Positions 51,891 to 61,273 of a DNA stretch of 64,000 nt are shown piece by piece. Positions within the stretch are counted from its first letter, which is position 1; each line of letters opens with the position of its first letter. This DNA is from Betaproteobacteria bacterium (lineage in GTDB: Bacteria > Pseudomonadota > Gammaproteobacteria > Burkholderiales > SG8-41): assembly GCA_003820645.1 (NCBI GenBank), contig RPOR01000004.1, positions 6,388-70,387 on the forward strand. Direction: 5' to 3'. The position numbers and the translations under genes were made by a program. The notes under the pieces are model-generated. The model saw only the letters and a list, made by a program, of their open reading frames with translations, was not told the DNA's origin and ran no database searches.

Positions 51891-53300
51891 ATGTCGTCAA
51901 GCAAACCTCCGCTGCTCGCTGACGCGACGCGCGATCTTGCGCGGTTCGGTGCAGCATTGCGCTACGACGACATCCCGGCGGATGTGATCGCCCGCATCAA
52001 GCTCTCGCTACTCGACAGCCTCGGCTGCTGCCTCTACGGCGCGACGCTGCCATGGACGCGCAAGGTTGCCGAACTCGCGGATGCAGAAGGTGCACAGCCG
52101 GTCGCGACGCTGATCGGCCTCGGCCGCAAGACCTCGCCGGCGCTCGCCGCGCTGGTCAACGGCACTTCGGGCCATGCTTTCGAACTCGACGACATCCACA
52201 AGGAATCCATCGTCCACGCCGGTTCGATCGCGACGCCCGTGGCGCTGGGCCTCGCCGAAGCGCGCGGAAAAGTGTCCGGACGTGACCTGCTGACGGCGAT
52301 CGTCGCCGGCTATGAAATCGGCCACCGCGTCGGCAATGCGGCGACGATGAGCCTGTTTTTCCGCGGCTTCCATCCGCAGGGCACCTCGGGCGCGTTCGTC
52401 GCCGCTGCGACTGCGGCCCGTATGCTCGACCTCGACGCGATGCAGTTTCAGCACGCGCTGGGGATAGTCGGCTCGCAGGCCGGCGGCCTGATGGCGGCGC
52501 AGGAAGGGGCGATGGTCAAACGTTTCCACAGCGGCCGCGCGGCGCAGAGCGGGGTCTATGCGGCACAGCTCGCGTCCCGCGGCTTCACCGGCATCCTCGA
52601 TGCGCTGGAAGCGCCGTACGGCGGTTACCTGTCGACGTATTCAGACCAGCCCAACCCGTCGCGATTGACCGCAGGCCTCGGCACGATCTGGGAAACGCTC
52701 AACGTCGGCTACAAACCGCACGCCAGCGTCACCAGCATCCACAGCGCGCTCGATGCGCTGTCCGAACTGATGAAGGAACACGGCCTCAAGGCCGCCGATA
52801 TCGCGAAAGTCGAGACCGGGCTGTCGCCGATGACCCATGTGCACTGCGCCTGGGAATACCAGGCGCAGGGCGTCACCGCAGCACAGATGAACCTCTATTA
52901 CGGCATGGCGGTGATCGCGCTCGACGGCGCGGCGTTCACCGAACAGTTCCGCGAGGCGCGGCTCGCCGATCCGCAGGTCCTCGATTTCATTGCGCGTATC
53001 ACGGCGCACGTCGATCCCGAGATCGAAAACCTGGGCGCACCCTTCCGCCATGCCTCGCGCGTGAAAATCACCACGCGCGATGGCCGCGTGTTCGAGAAGC
53101 TGTCGCTGCATCGCCGCGGCAGCCCGGAGAATCCGCTGTCAGCGGCAGAAGTTGTGCACAAGTTCCGCAATGTCGTCGCCCCGTGCATGACCAAGGCTGT
53201 GGCCGAGCGCATCATCGGCGCAGTCGAGCGTTGCGATACCCTCGCCGACATCGGCGAACTGGCGGCACTCGTCGGTGCTGCGGTCGCGCTGCCGAAATGA
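51891..53300 (+). CDS. MmgE/PrpD family protein (paralog 2)
   Basis: 469 aa. 'GHAFELDDIHKESIVHAGS'. It starts 7 nt after the tcuA stop. Confidence 0.85.
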   Translation: MSSSKPPLLADATRDLARFGAALRYDDIPADVIARIKLSLLDSLGCCLYGATLPWTRKVAELADAEGAQPVATLIGLGRKTSPALAALVNGTSGHAFELDDIHKESIVHAGSIATPVALGLAEARGKVSGRDLLTAIVAGYEIGHRVGNAATMSLFFRGFHPQGTSGAFVAAATAARMLDLDAMQFQHALGIVGSQAGGLMAAQEGAMVKRFHSGRAAQSGVYAAQLASRGFTGILDALEAPYGGYLSTYSDQPNPSRLTAGLGTIWETLNVGYKPHASVTSIHSALDALSELMKEHGLKAADIAKVETGLSPMTHVHCAWEYQAQGVTAAQMNLYYGMAVIALDGAAFTEQFREARLADPQVLDFIARITAHVDPEIENLGAPFRHASRVKITTRDGRVFEKLSLHRRGSPENPLSAAEVVHKFRNVVAPCMTKAVAERIIGAVERCDTLADIGELAALVGAAVALPK

Positions 53301-53371
53301 CGCCACAGGACAACATATAAGTATTTGTTTTCATTAAATTTCCTTACTGACCCGTCACAGGACTCCGCACC

Positions 53372-54769
53372 ATGGCCAAACAATCCACCAGCGACAACCC
53401 CTACACCCGCGGCATGGCCGCCTTCGTTTCCGGACTCACCTACGACAAGATTCCGGAGGAAGTGCGCCATCGCAACAAGCTGCTGATGCTGGATGCGCTG
53501 GGCTGCGCGCTCTACGGCGCGGATCTCGAATGGAGCCGCATCCTGCAGGACACGCTGGAGCGCGTCGATGCGACGCGCACCTGCAGCGTGTGGGGCACGA
53601 AGAAGAAACTCTCCGCGCCGCATGCCGCGCTGGTCAACGGCACGCAGGTGCAGGGCTTCGAACTCGACGACGTGCACCGCGCCGGCGTGCTGCATGTCGG
53701 CGCCGTGGTGCTGCCAGCGCTGATCTCGGTCACTGAAATGAAACCGGGCATGAGCGGCAAGGAATTCCTGACTTCCGCGGTCGCCGGTTACGAGATCGGC
53801 CCGCGCGTCGGCCTGTGCATGGGCCCCTCGCACATCGCCTCGGGGTGGCACTCGGGCGCAACGCTGGGCGTATTCTCCGCCGCCGCAGGTGCGGCGCGCG
53901 GCCTGAAGCTCGACACCGACAAGACCGTGCACGCGCTGGGCATCGCCGGCACCCAGGCCGCGGGCCTGATGGCCGCGCAGTTCGGCGCAATGGTCAAGCG
54001 CATGCATGCCGGCCGTTCCTCGCAGTCGGGTCTCTACGGCGCGCTGTTCGCCGAGGCCGGCTTCACCGGCATCCTCAACGTGCTGGAGAGCGAATACGGC
54101 GGTTTCTGCACGACGATGTCGCAGTCGACCGACAAGTTCAACCTGAAGGAACTGACTGCCGGGCTGGGCGAGGTGTGGCAGACCATGGGCATCGCGCTGA
54201 AGTTCTACGCCTGCGTCGGCACCAACCACACCACGCTGGACGCGCTGCGCGACATGCGCAATGAACGCCCATTCACCCATAACGACGTAAAGAAGGTCGT
54301 CGTCCATGGTTCCGAAGTCACGGTGCACCACGTCGGCTGGCCGTACGAGCCGCAGGGCCTGACTTCGGCCCAGCTCAACATGCCGTACTGCATCGCCGCC
54401 TGGCTGATCGAAAACGACTGTTTCGTCGACCAGTTCACCGAAGCGATGGTCGCCGACCCGCAACGCATCGCGCTGTCGAAAAAGGTCGAGGTCATCCACG
54501 ACCCGGCGATCACCGCGCTGGGCGCCAAGCTGCGCCACAAGGTCCACGTCGAGCTGCACCTCAACGACGGCACGGTGATGAAACGCACCATCGAAGCCGC
54601 ACGCGGCAGCGAGAAACATTTCGCCTCGGACGCCGAGATCATCGAGAAATTCGAGAAGCTCGCGTCCAAGGCATTGCCCAAGGCGCGCGTCGCAGAACTG
54701 TGCGATGCGGTGATGGGCATCGAGAAGCTGCCCGATGCCACGGTGCTGTCGAAGCTGCTCGCCGCCTGA
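53372..54769 (+). CDS. MmgE/PrpD family protein (paralog 3)
   Basis: 465 aa. 'VQGFELDDVHRAGVLHVGA'. Confidence 0.85.
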   Translation: MAKQSTSDNPYTRGMAAFVSGLTYDKIPEEVRHRNKLLMLDALGCALYGADLEWSRILQDTLERVDATRTCSVWGTKKKLSAPHAALVNGTQVQGFELDDVHRAGVLHVGAVVLPALISVTEMKPGMSGKEFLTSAVAGYEIGPRVGLCMGPSHIASGWHSGATLGVFSAAAGAARGLKLDTDKTVHALGIAGTQAAGLMAAQFGAMVKRMHAGRSSQSGLYGALFAEAGFTGILNVLESEYGGFCTTMSQSTDKFNLKELTAGLGEVWQTMGIALKFYACVGTNHTTLDALRDMRNERPFTHNDVKKVVVHGSEVTVHHVGWPYEPQGLTSAQLNMPYCIAAWLIENDCFVDQFTEAMVADPQRIALSKKVEVIHDPAITALGAKLRHKVHVELHLNDGTVMKRTIEAARGSEKHFASDAEIIEKFEKLASKALPKARVAELCDAVMGIEKLPDATVLSKLLAA

Positions 54770-54785
54770 TCGGGCCGGCCCGATC

Positions 54786-56147
54786 ATGGCTGCCGCCCCC
54801 ACCGCAGCCCGCACGCTCGCGGAATTTGCGACCGGGCTCAAGTACGAAGACATTCCGGCGGCCGCGCGCGAGCGGGCGCGGCAATGCATCATCGATACCA
54901 CCGGCGCCGCGCTGTTCGGGTCGCGCCTGCCGTGGAGCAGGATCGTCGCGGGACATGCCCGCAACTGCGGCGGCAACGGCAGCAGCCGGGTGATCGGCAC
55001 CGCATTGAGCGTTTCGCCACCCGCCGCGGCACTGGCCAACGGCGTCTGTGCCCATGCCTTCGAACTCGACGGCCTGCGCAAGCCCAGCGCCGGTGTGCAC
55101 CCCGGCGCAATCCTGCTGCCGGCGGCACTGGCCGTGGCCGAAGAACGGCACGCCGGCGGCCGCGAGCTGCTGACCGCCTTCGTGGCCGGCACCGAAGTGA
55201 TGTTCCGCATCGGCCTTGCCGCAAAACAGACCACCGAAGCGCTGGGCTTTCATGCACCAGGCATCAACGGCCCGTACGGTTCGGCGATCGTCGCCGGCAA
55301 ACTGCTGGGCCTCGACGCCGCGAGACTCATCCAGGCGCTGGGCATCGCCGGTTCGCTGGGCGGCGGCCTGCTCGCCTTCGCCAAGGCCGGTAACGGCGCA
55401 ATGGTCAAGCGCCTGCACATGGGCCGTGCAGCCGAAGCCGGCGTGGTCGCCGCGCTGCTCGCACGCGATGGCTACGAAGGACCGGACACGGTGCTGGAAG
55501 GCCAATACGGTTACCTCGAAGCCTATGCCCGCGACGGCGACGCCTCGCAATTCACCAAAGGCCTCGGCACGCATTACGACATCGTTCACGCCTGCCTCAA
55601 GCGTTACGCCTGCCACATCACCGCGCATACCCCCGTGCAGTCGCTGCAGGAACTGCGCGCCGAGCATGGCTTCAATGGCGACGATGTCGCCGCGCTGACC
55701 ATCCATGCCCGGCACAAGATCCTGTCCCACCACGACATCCGCGAGCCGCGCGACGTCGCCGGGGCGCAATACAGCGTGCCGTTCTGCGCGGCGATCGCAC
55801 TCTACTACGACGTGAATGATCCGCTGGCGTTTTCCGAAGCCGCGCTCAATGACATGAAGGTGCGCGCGCTGGCCCGCGGCCTGACGCTGGTCGAAATGAG
55901 TGAAACGGAAAAAGGCGGCGCTTGGGCCACCCGGGTCGGGGTAACGCTGAAGGACGGGCGGAAGTTCGAACGCTTTGCCGAGGAGTTCAAGGGCACACCG
56001 GCATCGCCGTTGTCGACGGATGAATTGCGGACCAAATTCATGCGCATGGCCGGCGCGGATGCGCGCGCGACGCAACTGCATGCACAGCTCACGGCGCTGG
56101 AAGACGTCAGCGATTGCCGTACGCTGGCCATCGGCAGCGTCGATTGA
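54786..56147 (+). CDS. MmgE/PrpD family protein (paralog 4)
   Basis: 453 aa from ATG 54786. 'CAHAFELDGLRKPSAGVHPGA'. Confidence 0.85.
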   Translation: MAAAPTAARTLAEFATGLKYEDIPAAARERARQCIIDTTGAALFGSRLPWSRIVAGHARNCGGNGSSRVIGTALSVSPPAAALANGVCAHAFELDGLRKPSAGVHPGAILLPAALAVAEERHAGGRELLTAFVAGTEVMFRIGLAAKQTTEALGFHAPGINGPYGSAIVAGKLLGLDAARLIQALGIAGSLGGGLLAFAKAGNGAMVKRLHMGRAAEAGVVAALLARDGYEGPDTVLEGQYGYLEAYARDGDASQFTKGLGTHYDIVHACLKRYACHITAHTPVQSLQELRAEHGFNGDDVAALTIHARHKILSHHDIREPRDVAGAQYSVPFCAAIALYYDVNDPLAFSEAALNDMKVRALARGLTLVEMSETEKGGAWATRVGVTLKDGRKFERFAEEFKGTPASPLSTDELRTKFMRMAGADARATQLHAQLTALEDVSDCRTLAIGSVD

Positions 56148-56408
56148 GCCGATGGCAGCAACCCGGTAGGCGTTTGTCGCCGGCAATGCGGCATTTTCGG
56201 CGGCATGCCGCCCATGCGTGACGACGGTGCGCTGGTCTCCGCATCGCGCACAGCGCCGTCAGCGGTTACAATCGCCGCGGTTCACTCACCCCGCCGACCT
56301 GATTGTCCATCCAGTCATCGCTTGTGAAGGCTCTGCGTTATTCGTGCGTCTACTGCCAGCGCGTATAACCGATTTAAATAAATGTTTAAAATCCATGGCT
56401 TACAATAA

Positions 56409-58436
56409 ATGCTGATTTATGCGCTGACGATATTTGCAAGCGCGTTCCTGCTGTTCCTGGTGCAACCGATCCTGGCGAAACAGATCCTGCCGTGGTTCGG
56501 CGGTTCGGCCGCGGTATGGACCACCTGCCTGATGTTTTTCCAGTTGGTGCTGCTGCTCGGTTACGCCTATGCCGACTGGACCATCCGCTTCCTGAGGCCG
56601 CGTCCGCAAGTCATCCTGCATGTGGCGCTGATCGTGTTCAGCCTGGTCTCGCTGCCGATCATTGCCGGCAGCGACTGGAAACCGGACGGCGACGAGGATC
56701 CGACATGGCTGATCCTTGGCCTGCTGACCGCGACGATCGGGCTGCCCTATTTTCTGCTGTCGACCACCGGCCCGCTGCTGCAGGCATGGTTCGCGCGCAG
56801 CTATCCGCGCACGCGCAACGTCTACCGGCTGTTCGCACTGTCGAACGGCGCATCGCTGGTCGCGCTGGTGGCCTATCCGTTCGTGGTCGAACCGTACGTC
56901 ACGACCCATGAGCAATCGGTGGGCTGGAGCATGACTTACGCGCTGTTCGCAGCCCTTTGTGCGACATCCGCTTTTTTCAGTCTGCGCCCGCCCGCCGGTT
57001 CCCCGGCGATACCGGCCGGCACGCTGGTCGACGATGGTCCGGCGCCGCGCGCGATGGATTACCTGCTGTGGATGACGCTTGCCGCGATGGGCTCGTTCAT
57101 GCTGATCGCGGTGACCAACCATATTACCCATGATATCGCTTCGGTGCCGTTCCTGTGGATCCTGCCGCTGACGCTGTACCTGCTGTCGTTTGTGCTGTGC
57201 TTCGAAGGCCGCAACTGGTACCAGCGAAAGATTTTCTTCGGACCGCTGCTGGTCATCGTGGCCGCGATGGCGTGGGCGCTGCATGCCGACGGCGGCGTCA
57301 TGGACATCAAGGAGGCCATTCCGCTGTTCGCAACCGGCCTGTTCGTGATGTGCATGTTTTTCCATGGCGAACTCGCGGCACTGAAACCGGCGCCGCGTCA
57401 TCTCACCGGCTATTACCTGATGATTTCGCTGGGCGGTGCGGTCGGCGGCCTGCTGATCGGCTTCGTCGCGCCGAAATTTTTCAACACCTACTACGAATTC
57501 GGTATCGGACTGATTTTCACCGCATTGCTTGCCGCCCACCTCGTGCGCCGCCTGCTGCCGTTGGTGCCGGTAATGGCGCTGGTAGCCGCCGGTTTCACCG
57601 GATTTCATGTCTACAGCTACGTCGACATGCTGGCCAAAGATGCCCGGGTCATGTCGCGCAATTTCTACGGCACGCTGCGCGTCAAGGATTTCGGCGATGA
57701 AGCATCCGCGACCGGCACACGCCGGCTGATGCATGGCGTGATCATGCATGGCGAGCAGTTCCTGGCCCCGGAGCGCCGCATGCTGCCGACCACGTATTAC
57801 GGCCCCGATTCCGGCATCGGGCGCATCATCAACATCAAGCGCGCAGCCGCAGGCGGCATGCGCGTCGGCGTGGTGGGCCTGGGCACCGGCACGCTCGCGG
57901 TCTACGGCCGCAAGGGCGACAGCTACCGTTTCTACGAGATCAACCCGCAGGTCATCGACGTCGCCCGCACCGAATTCACCTATCTCGGCGAAACTCCGGC
58001 AACGGTCGAAACCCTGCTCGGCGACGCGCGGCTGACAATGGAGCGTGAACCGGCGCAGCATTACGACGTACTGGCCATTGACGCTTTCTCCAGCGATTCA
58101 ATTCCCACCCACCTGGTGACGCACCAGGCGATGGGCATCTACCTGAAAAACATCAAGGCCGACGGCGTGATCGCCTTCCACGTCACCAACCGCTTCCTCA
58201 ATCTGGCGCCGGTGGTGAAACGCATAGCCGACGAGTCCGGCCTGCATACGGTGCTGATCAGCGACGATCCTGACGAGGCATCGGACTTCGCGAAGACGGA
58301 CTGGGTGTTGGTGTCGCGCCGTGCCGCAGTGCTGGCGGACAAGCGCATCACCGACGCCGCAGAGCCGATCGGCGAGATACCCGGCCTGCGGTTATGGACC
58401 GACAGCTTCAACAACCTGTTCAAGATCCTGAAGTAA
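56409..58436 (+). CDS. polytopic membrane domain fused to a spermidine-synthase-like SAM-dependent transferase
   Basis: 675 aa. The N-terminal ~400 aa are multi-TM. The C-terminal part has 'VGVVGLGTGTLAVYG...YDVLAIDAFSSDSIPTHL', a spermidine synthase/methyltransferase fold. Confidence 0.7.
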   Translation: MLIYALTIFASAFLLFLVQPILAKQILPWFGGSAAVWTTCLMFFQLVLLLGYAYADWTIRFLRPRPQVILHVALIVFSLVSLPIIAGSDWKPDGDEDPTWLILGLLTATIGLPYFLLSTTGPLLQAWFARSYPRTRNVYRLFALSNGASLVALVAYPFVVEPYVTTHEQSVGWSMTYALFAALCATSAFFSLRPPAGSPAIPAGTLVDDGPAPRAMDYLLWMTLAAMGSFMLIAVTNHITHDIASVPFLWILPLTLYLLSFVLCFEGRNWYQRKIFFGPLLVIVAAMAWALHADGGVMDIKEAIPLFATGLFVMCMFFHGELAALKPAPRHLTGYYLMISLGGAVGGLLIGFVAPKFFNTYYEFGIGLIFTALLAAHLVRRLLPLVPVMALVAAGFTGFHVYSYVDMLAKDARVMSRNFYGTLRVKDFGDEASATGTRRLMHGVIMHGEQFLAPERRMLPTTYYGPDSGIGRIINIKRAAAGGMRVGVVGLGTGTLAVYGRKGDSYRFYEINPQVIDVARTEFTYLGETPATVETLLGDARLTMEREPAQHYDVLAIDAFSSDSIPTHLVTHQAMGIYLKNIKADGVIAFHVTNRFLNLAPVVKRIADESGLHTVLISDDPDEASDFAKTDWVLVSRRAAVLADKRITDAAEPIGEIPGLRLWTDSFNNLFKILK

Positions 58437-58514
58437 ACCGCCCTCCCGCAGCGCATGCGGGGGGGCTATCATGTGGCCGTTGAAAAAACCCGGCACGGCC
58501 TCATTTTGCAGGAT

Positions 58515-59933
58515 ATGTCCATGATCACCACCATCCGGTTGTTTTTTGGATATTTTTTGACTGCACCATGGTTCAAGGCAGCAACGGCTTTGCCGTGGCT
58601 GCTGTGCGGTGCACTGCTGCCGATGGCCGTTGCCGCGCAACCGGCGAGCGACCCTCGCAACCTGCCGACGCTCGCGCCGATAGTCAGTCAGGTCACGCCC
58701 GCCGTGGTCAATGTCTCGGTCATCACGCGTGCGCCGATGGAAGACAACCCGCTGTTCCGCGATCCGTTCTTCCGCCGTTTCTTCAATCTGCCCGACCGCC
58801 CGCAGCGGCAGGAGCAGGCCACGGGTTCCGGCGTCATCGTCGATGCGGCGCGCGGATTCATCCTGACCAACAACCATGTCATCAAGGATGCCGAACAGAT
58901 CATCGTCACGCTGAAGGACCGGCGGCAGTTCCCGGCGAAGCTGATCGGCACCGACCCCGGCACCGACATCGCGGTACTGCAGATCAGCGCACCGGGCCTG
59001 TCGGCGCTGCGTATCGGCGACTCCGATGGGCTGCAGGTCGGCGATTACGTGCTCGCGATCGGCAACCCGTTCGGCATCGGCCAGACGGTGACTTCGGGCA
59101 TTATCAGCGCGCTGGGCCGCAGCGGGCTGTCGGTGGAAGGGTACGAGGATTTCATCCAGACCGACGCGTCGATCAATCCCGGCAACTCGGGCGGCGCCCT
59201 GGTCAACCTGCGCGGCGAACTGATCGGCATCAACACCGCGATCATCGGTCCGGCCGGCGGCAACGTCGGCATCGGCTTTGCCGTGCCCTCGGCGATGGCG
59301 CGCGCGGTGATGGCCCAGATCGTGCGCTACGGCGAAGTACGCCGGGGACGCCTCGGCATTGAAATGGCCGATGTGACGCCTGAGGTGCAGCGCAAGCTGC
59401 GGCTGCCATCGCTCGACGGCGCATTGATTGCCAAAGTCGACCCGGGATCACCCGCTGAACGCGCCGGCCTGCGCGAAGGGGATGTCGTCACCGCACTCAA
59501 CGGCCGCACCGTGCGCGGCTTCACCGACCTGCGCGCACGCCTCGGCCTGACGGCGGTCGGCGACGAAGTCGAGATGAGCATCGTGCGCGAAGGCGGCGAG
59601 CGGCGCATACGCACCCGCATCGCGGCGCCGCAGGCATCGGGCAACGGCGAAGCACAGGCGGTGGCGCGGCTGCCGGGCCTGCGGGTGGTCGAGATCGAAC
59701 CCGGCAGTCCGCTGGCGCAGCGTCTGCGCGGCGGCGGCCTGGTCGTCGCCGCCGTCGATCCGGGCAGCCGCGCGCTGCAGGCCGGTTTCCGCCCCGGCGA
59801 CATCATCTATGCCGTCAACCGCCAGCGCGTGCAGTCACTGGCCGAATTCCAGGCGGTACTGAGCGCCGCAGAACGCGGCTACGCAGTCAGCCTGCTGCGC
59901 GGCGATTTTAGCGTGACGATTATCATCCGCTGA
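58515..59933 (+). CDS. degQ: Do/DegQ family periplasmic serine endoprotease
   Basis: 'GSGVIVDAARGFILTNNHV', 'TDASINPGNSGGALVN' (catalytic Ser) and two PDZ-like regions. Confidence 0.85.
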   Translation: MSMITTIRLFFGYFLTAPWFKAATALPWLLCGALLPMAVAAQPASDPRNLPTLAPIVSQVTPAVVNVSVITRAPMEDNPLFRDPFFRRFFNLPDRPQRQEQATGSGVIVDAARGFILTNNHVIKDAEQIIVTLKDRRQFPAKLIGTDPGTDIAVLQISAPGLSALRIGDSDGLQVGDYVLAIGNPFGIGQTVTSGIISALGRSGLSVEGYEDFIQTDASINPGNSGGALVNLRGELIGINTAIIGPAGGNVGIGFAVPSAMARAVMAQIVRYGEVRRGRLGIEMADVTPEVQRKLRLPSLDGALIAKVDPGSPAERAGLREGDVVTALNGRTVRGFTDLRARLGLTAVGDEVEMSIVREGGERRIRTRIAAPQASGNGEAQAVARLPGLRVVEIEPGSPLAQRLRGGGLVVAAVDPGSRALQAGFRPGDIIYAVNRQRVQSLAEFQAVLSAAERGYAVSLLRGDFSVTIIIR

Positions 59934-59939
59934 ACGTGC

Positions 59940-61181
59940 TCAGCTGCGCGAGCGGCGCACCAGCCAGCCGCCAACCCCGAGCAGTGCGGAGTTCGCCAGC
60001 CACACCGGGGCATAACCGAACGCAGTGCCCAGGGTGCCGAATACCAGCGGAATGACCAGATGGGTGAAGTTGTTGACCGTCACCCGCAGTCCGGCCGCCT
60101 CGGATGCACGTCCGGTCGGGGCCAGTGAATAGATCAGCGACATCGACATCGGCTGACCGCAGCCCACGCCCAGGCCCAGCAGGAAGGACACTGCGCATAG
60201 CGCATACGGGTTCTTGAAAAACGGGAACAGGGTGAATGCAAAAGCGCCGACAAAGATCGCGTAGACGAGGATCTGTGCCTCGGTGGAACGCTTGAGCAAC
60301 CAGGGCAGCAACGCCCGGATGACGAAAGTCGCCAGCGCGAACGCCCCGAGAATGATGCCGATGACGGACGCTGACAGGCCGATGCCATGCCCGTACACCG
60401 GCATGTAGAAATTGAACAGGTCCCAGCCCGCGGATATGAAACCGCTGGCAATGAAGGTATTGCGCAGGCGCGGCGCGCGCCACAGGTCCATCGCGCCACC
60501 GGTCGCGGTAGCGCCGGGCGACTTTGCGGCGCCCGGCAGGAAACCGGGCCGCAGCCACAGCATCAGCACCGGGATCACCGTGAACGACGCCAGAACCAGG
60601 AAGGTTCGGATATGGCCGAGATAGTCGATCGCGAAGCCCGCGATCAGCGGACCGAGAAAGCCGGCCCCGGAGAAACCCAGGCTGACCAGCGCGTAGTTGC
60701 GTGAACGGTGCTGCGTGCCGCCGATGCCGCCGGCAATGCCGGTGACGGTGACGAAAAAGAAATGGAACGACGTCCCCAGCAGGAACGACGCGATATAGAG
60801 CGTGGCCATCATCGGCCAGATCGCCGTCAATGACAGCGCGGCCGCCAGACCGACACTGCCCAGCAGCATCGGCAGCCGCGGACCGACACGGTCGGCAAGG
60901 CGCCCGATGGCGATCGCGAACAGCATCGGACACAACGCATACAACGCCATCAGGATGCCGACTTCCATCTGCGTCGCGCCGGACTCCAGCGCAAACAACG
61001 CCACCACGACCCGGCTGCCGCCGAAGGCGATGTGGTTGAGGACGATCAGGACGAGGGTGAGATAAATGGCCATCAGCGGGCTGCAGACGTTGCGCGGCCT
61101 GTCGGCCGCAGCAGCAGGGCTGCGCGGCGCCGGCGCGACGATTTTAGCATTGCTGCCACCAGCAGCTGCGGCTGGTTCCAT
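59940..61181 (-). CDS. MFS transporter
   Basis: 12-TM-type hydrophobic profile. 'IGRLADRVGPRLPMLLG' is an MFS loop 2-3 motif. The start is uncertain: ATG 61181 or 61073. Confidence 0.7.
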   Translation of the reverse strand: MEPAAAAGGSNAKIVAPAPRSPAAAADRPRNVCSPLMAIYLTLVLIVLNHIAFGGSRVVVALFALESGATQMEVGILMALYALCPMLFAIAIGRLADRVGPRLPMLLGSVGLAAALSLTAIWPMMATLYIASFLLGTSFHFFFVTVTGIAGGIGGTQHRSRNYALVSLGFSGAGFLGPLIAGFAIDYLGHIRTFLVLASFTVIPVLMLWLRPGFLPGAAKSPGATATGGAMDLWRAPRLRNTFIASGFISAGWDLFNFYMPVYGHGIGLSASVIGIILGAFALATFVIRALLPWLLKRSTEAQILVYAIFVGAFAFTLFPFFKNPYALCAVSFLLGLGVGCGQPMSMSLIYSLAPTGRASEAAGLRVTVNNFTHLVIPLVFGTLGTAFGYAPVWLANSALLGVGGWLVRRSRS

Positions 61182-61273
61182 ATCGTAGATAACGACTTCC
61201 GGAATTTCACGAGAGGCCGAAGCCGGAGCGCAGCCAGCAGGCTGCACCTGATTTCCGTATCGTGGCGATCGGT

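Noticed and set aside
48772-56186. Series of long minus-strand ORFs (360, 529, 778 and 515 aa) across the PrpD/TcuA operon
   Set aside because: All are antisense to plus-strand genes with clear MmgE/PrpD or flavoprotein motifs. They have no recognisable motifs and a biased R/A/G composition.
56400-58061. 553-aa minus-strand ORF
   Set aside because: It is antisense to the membrane/spermidine-synthase-like fusion. Its His/Arg/Gln-rich translation shows no hydrophobic or catalytic pattern.
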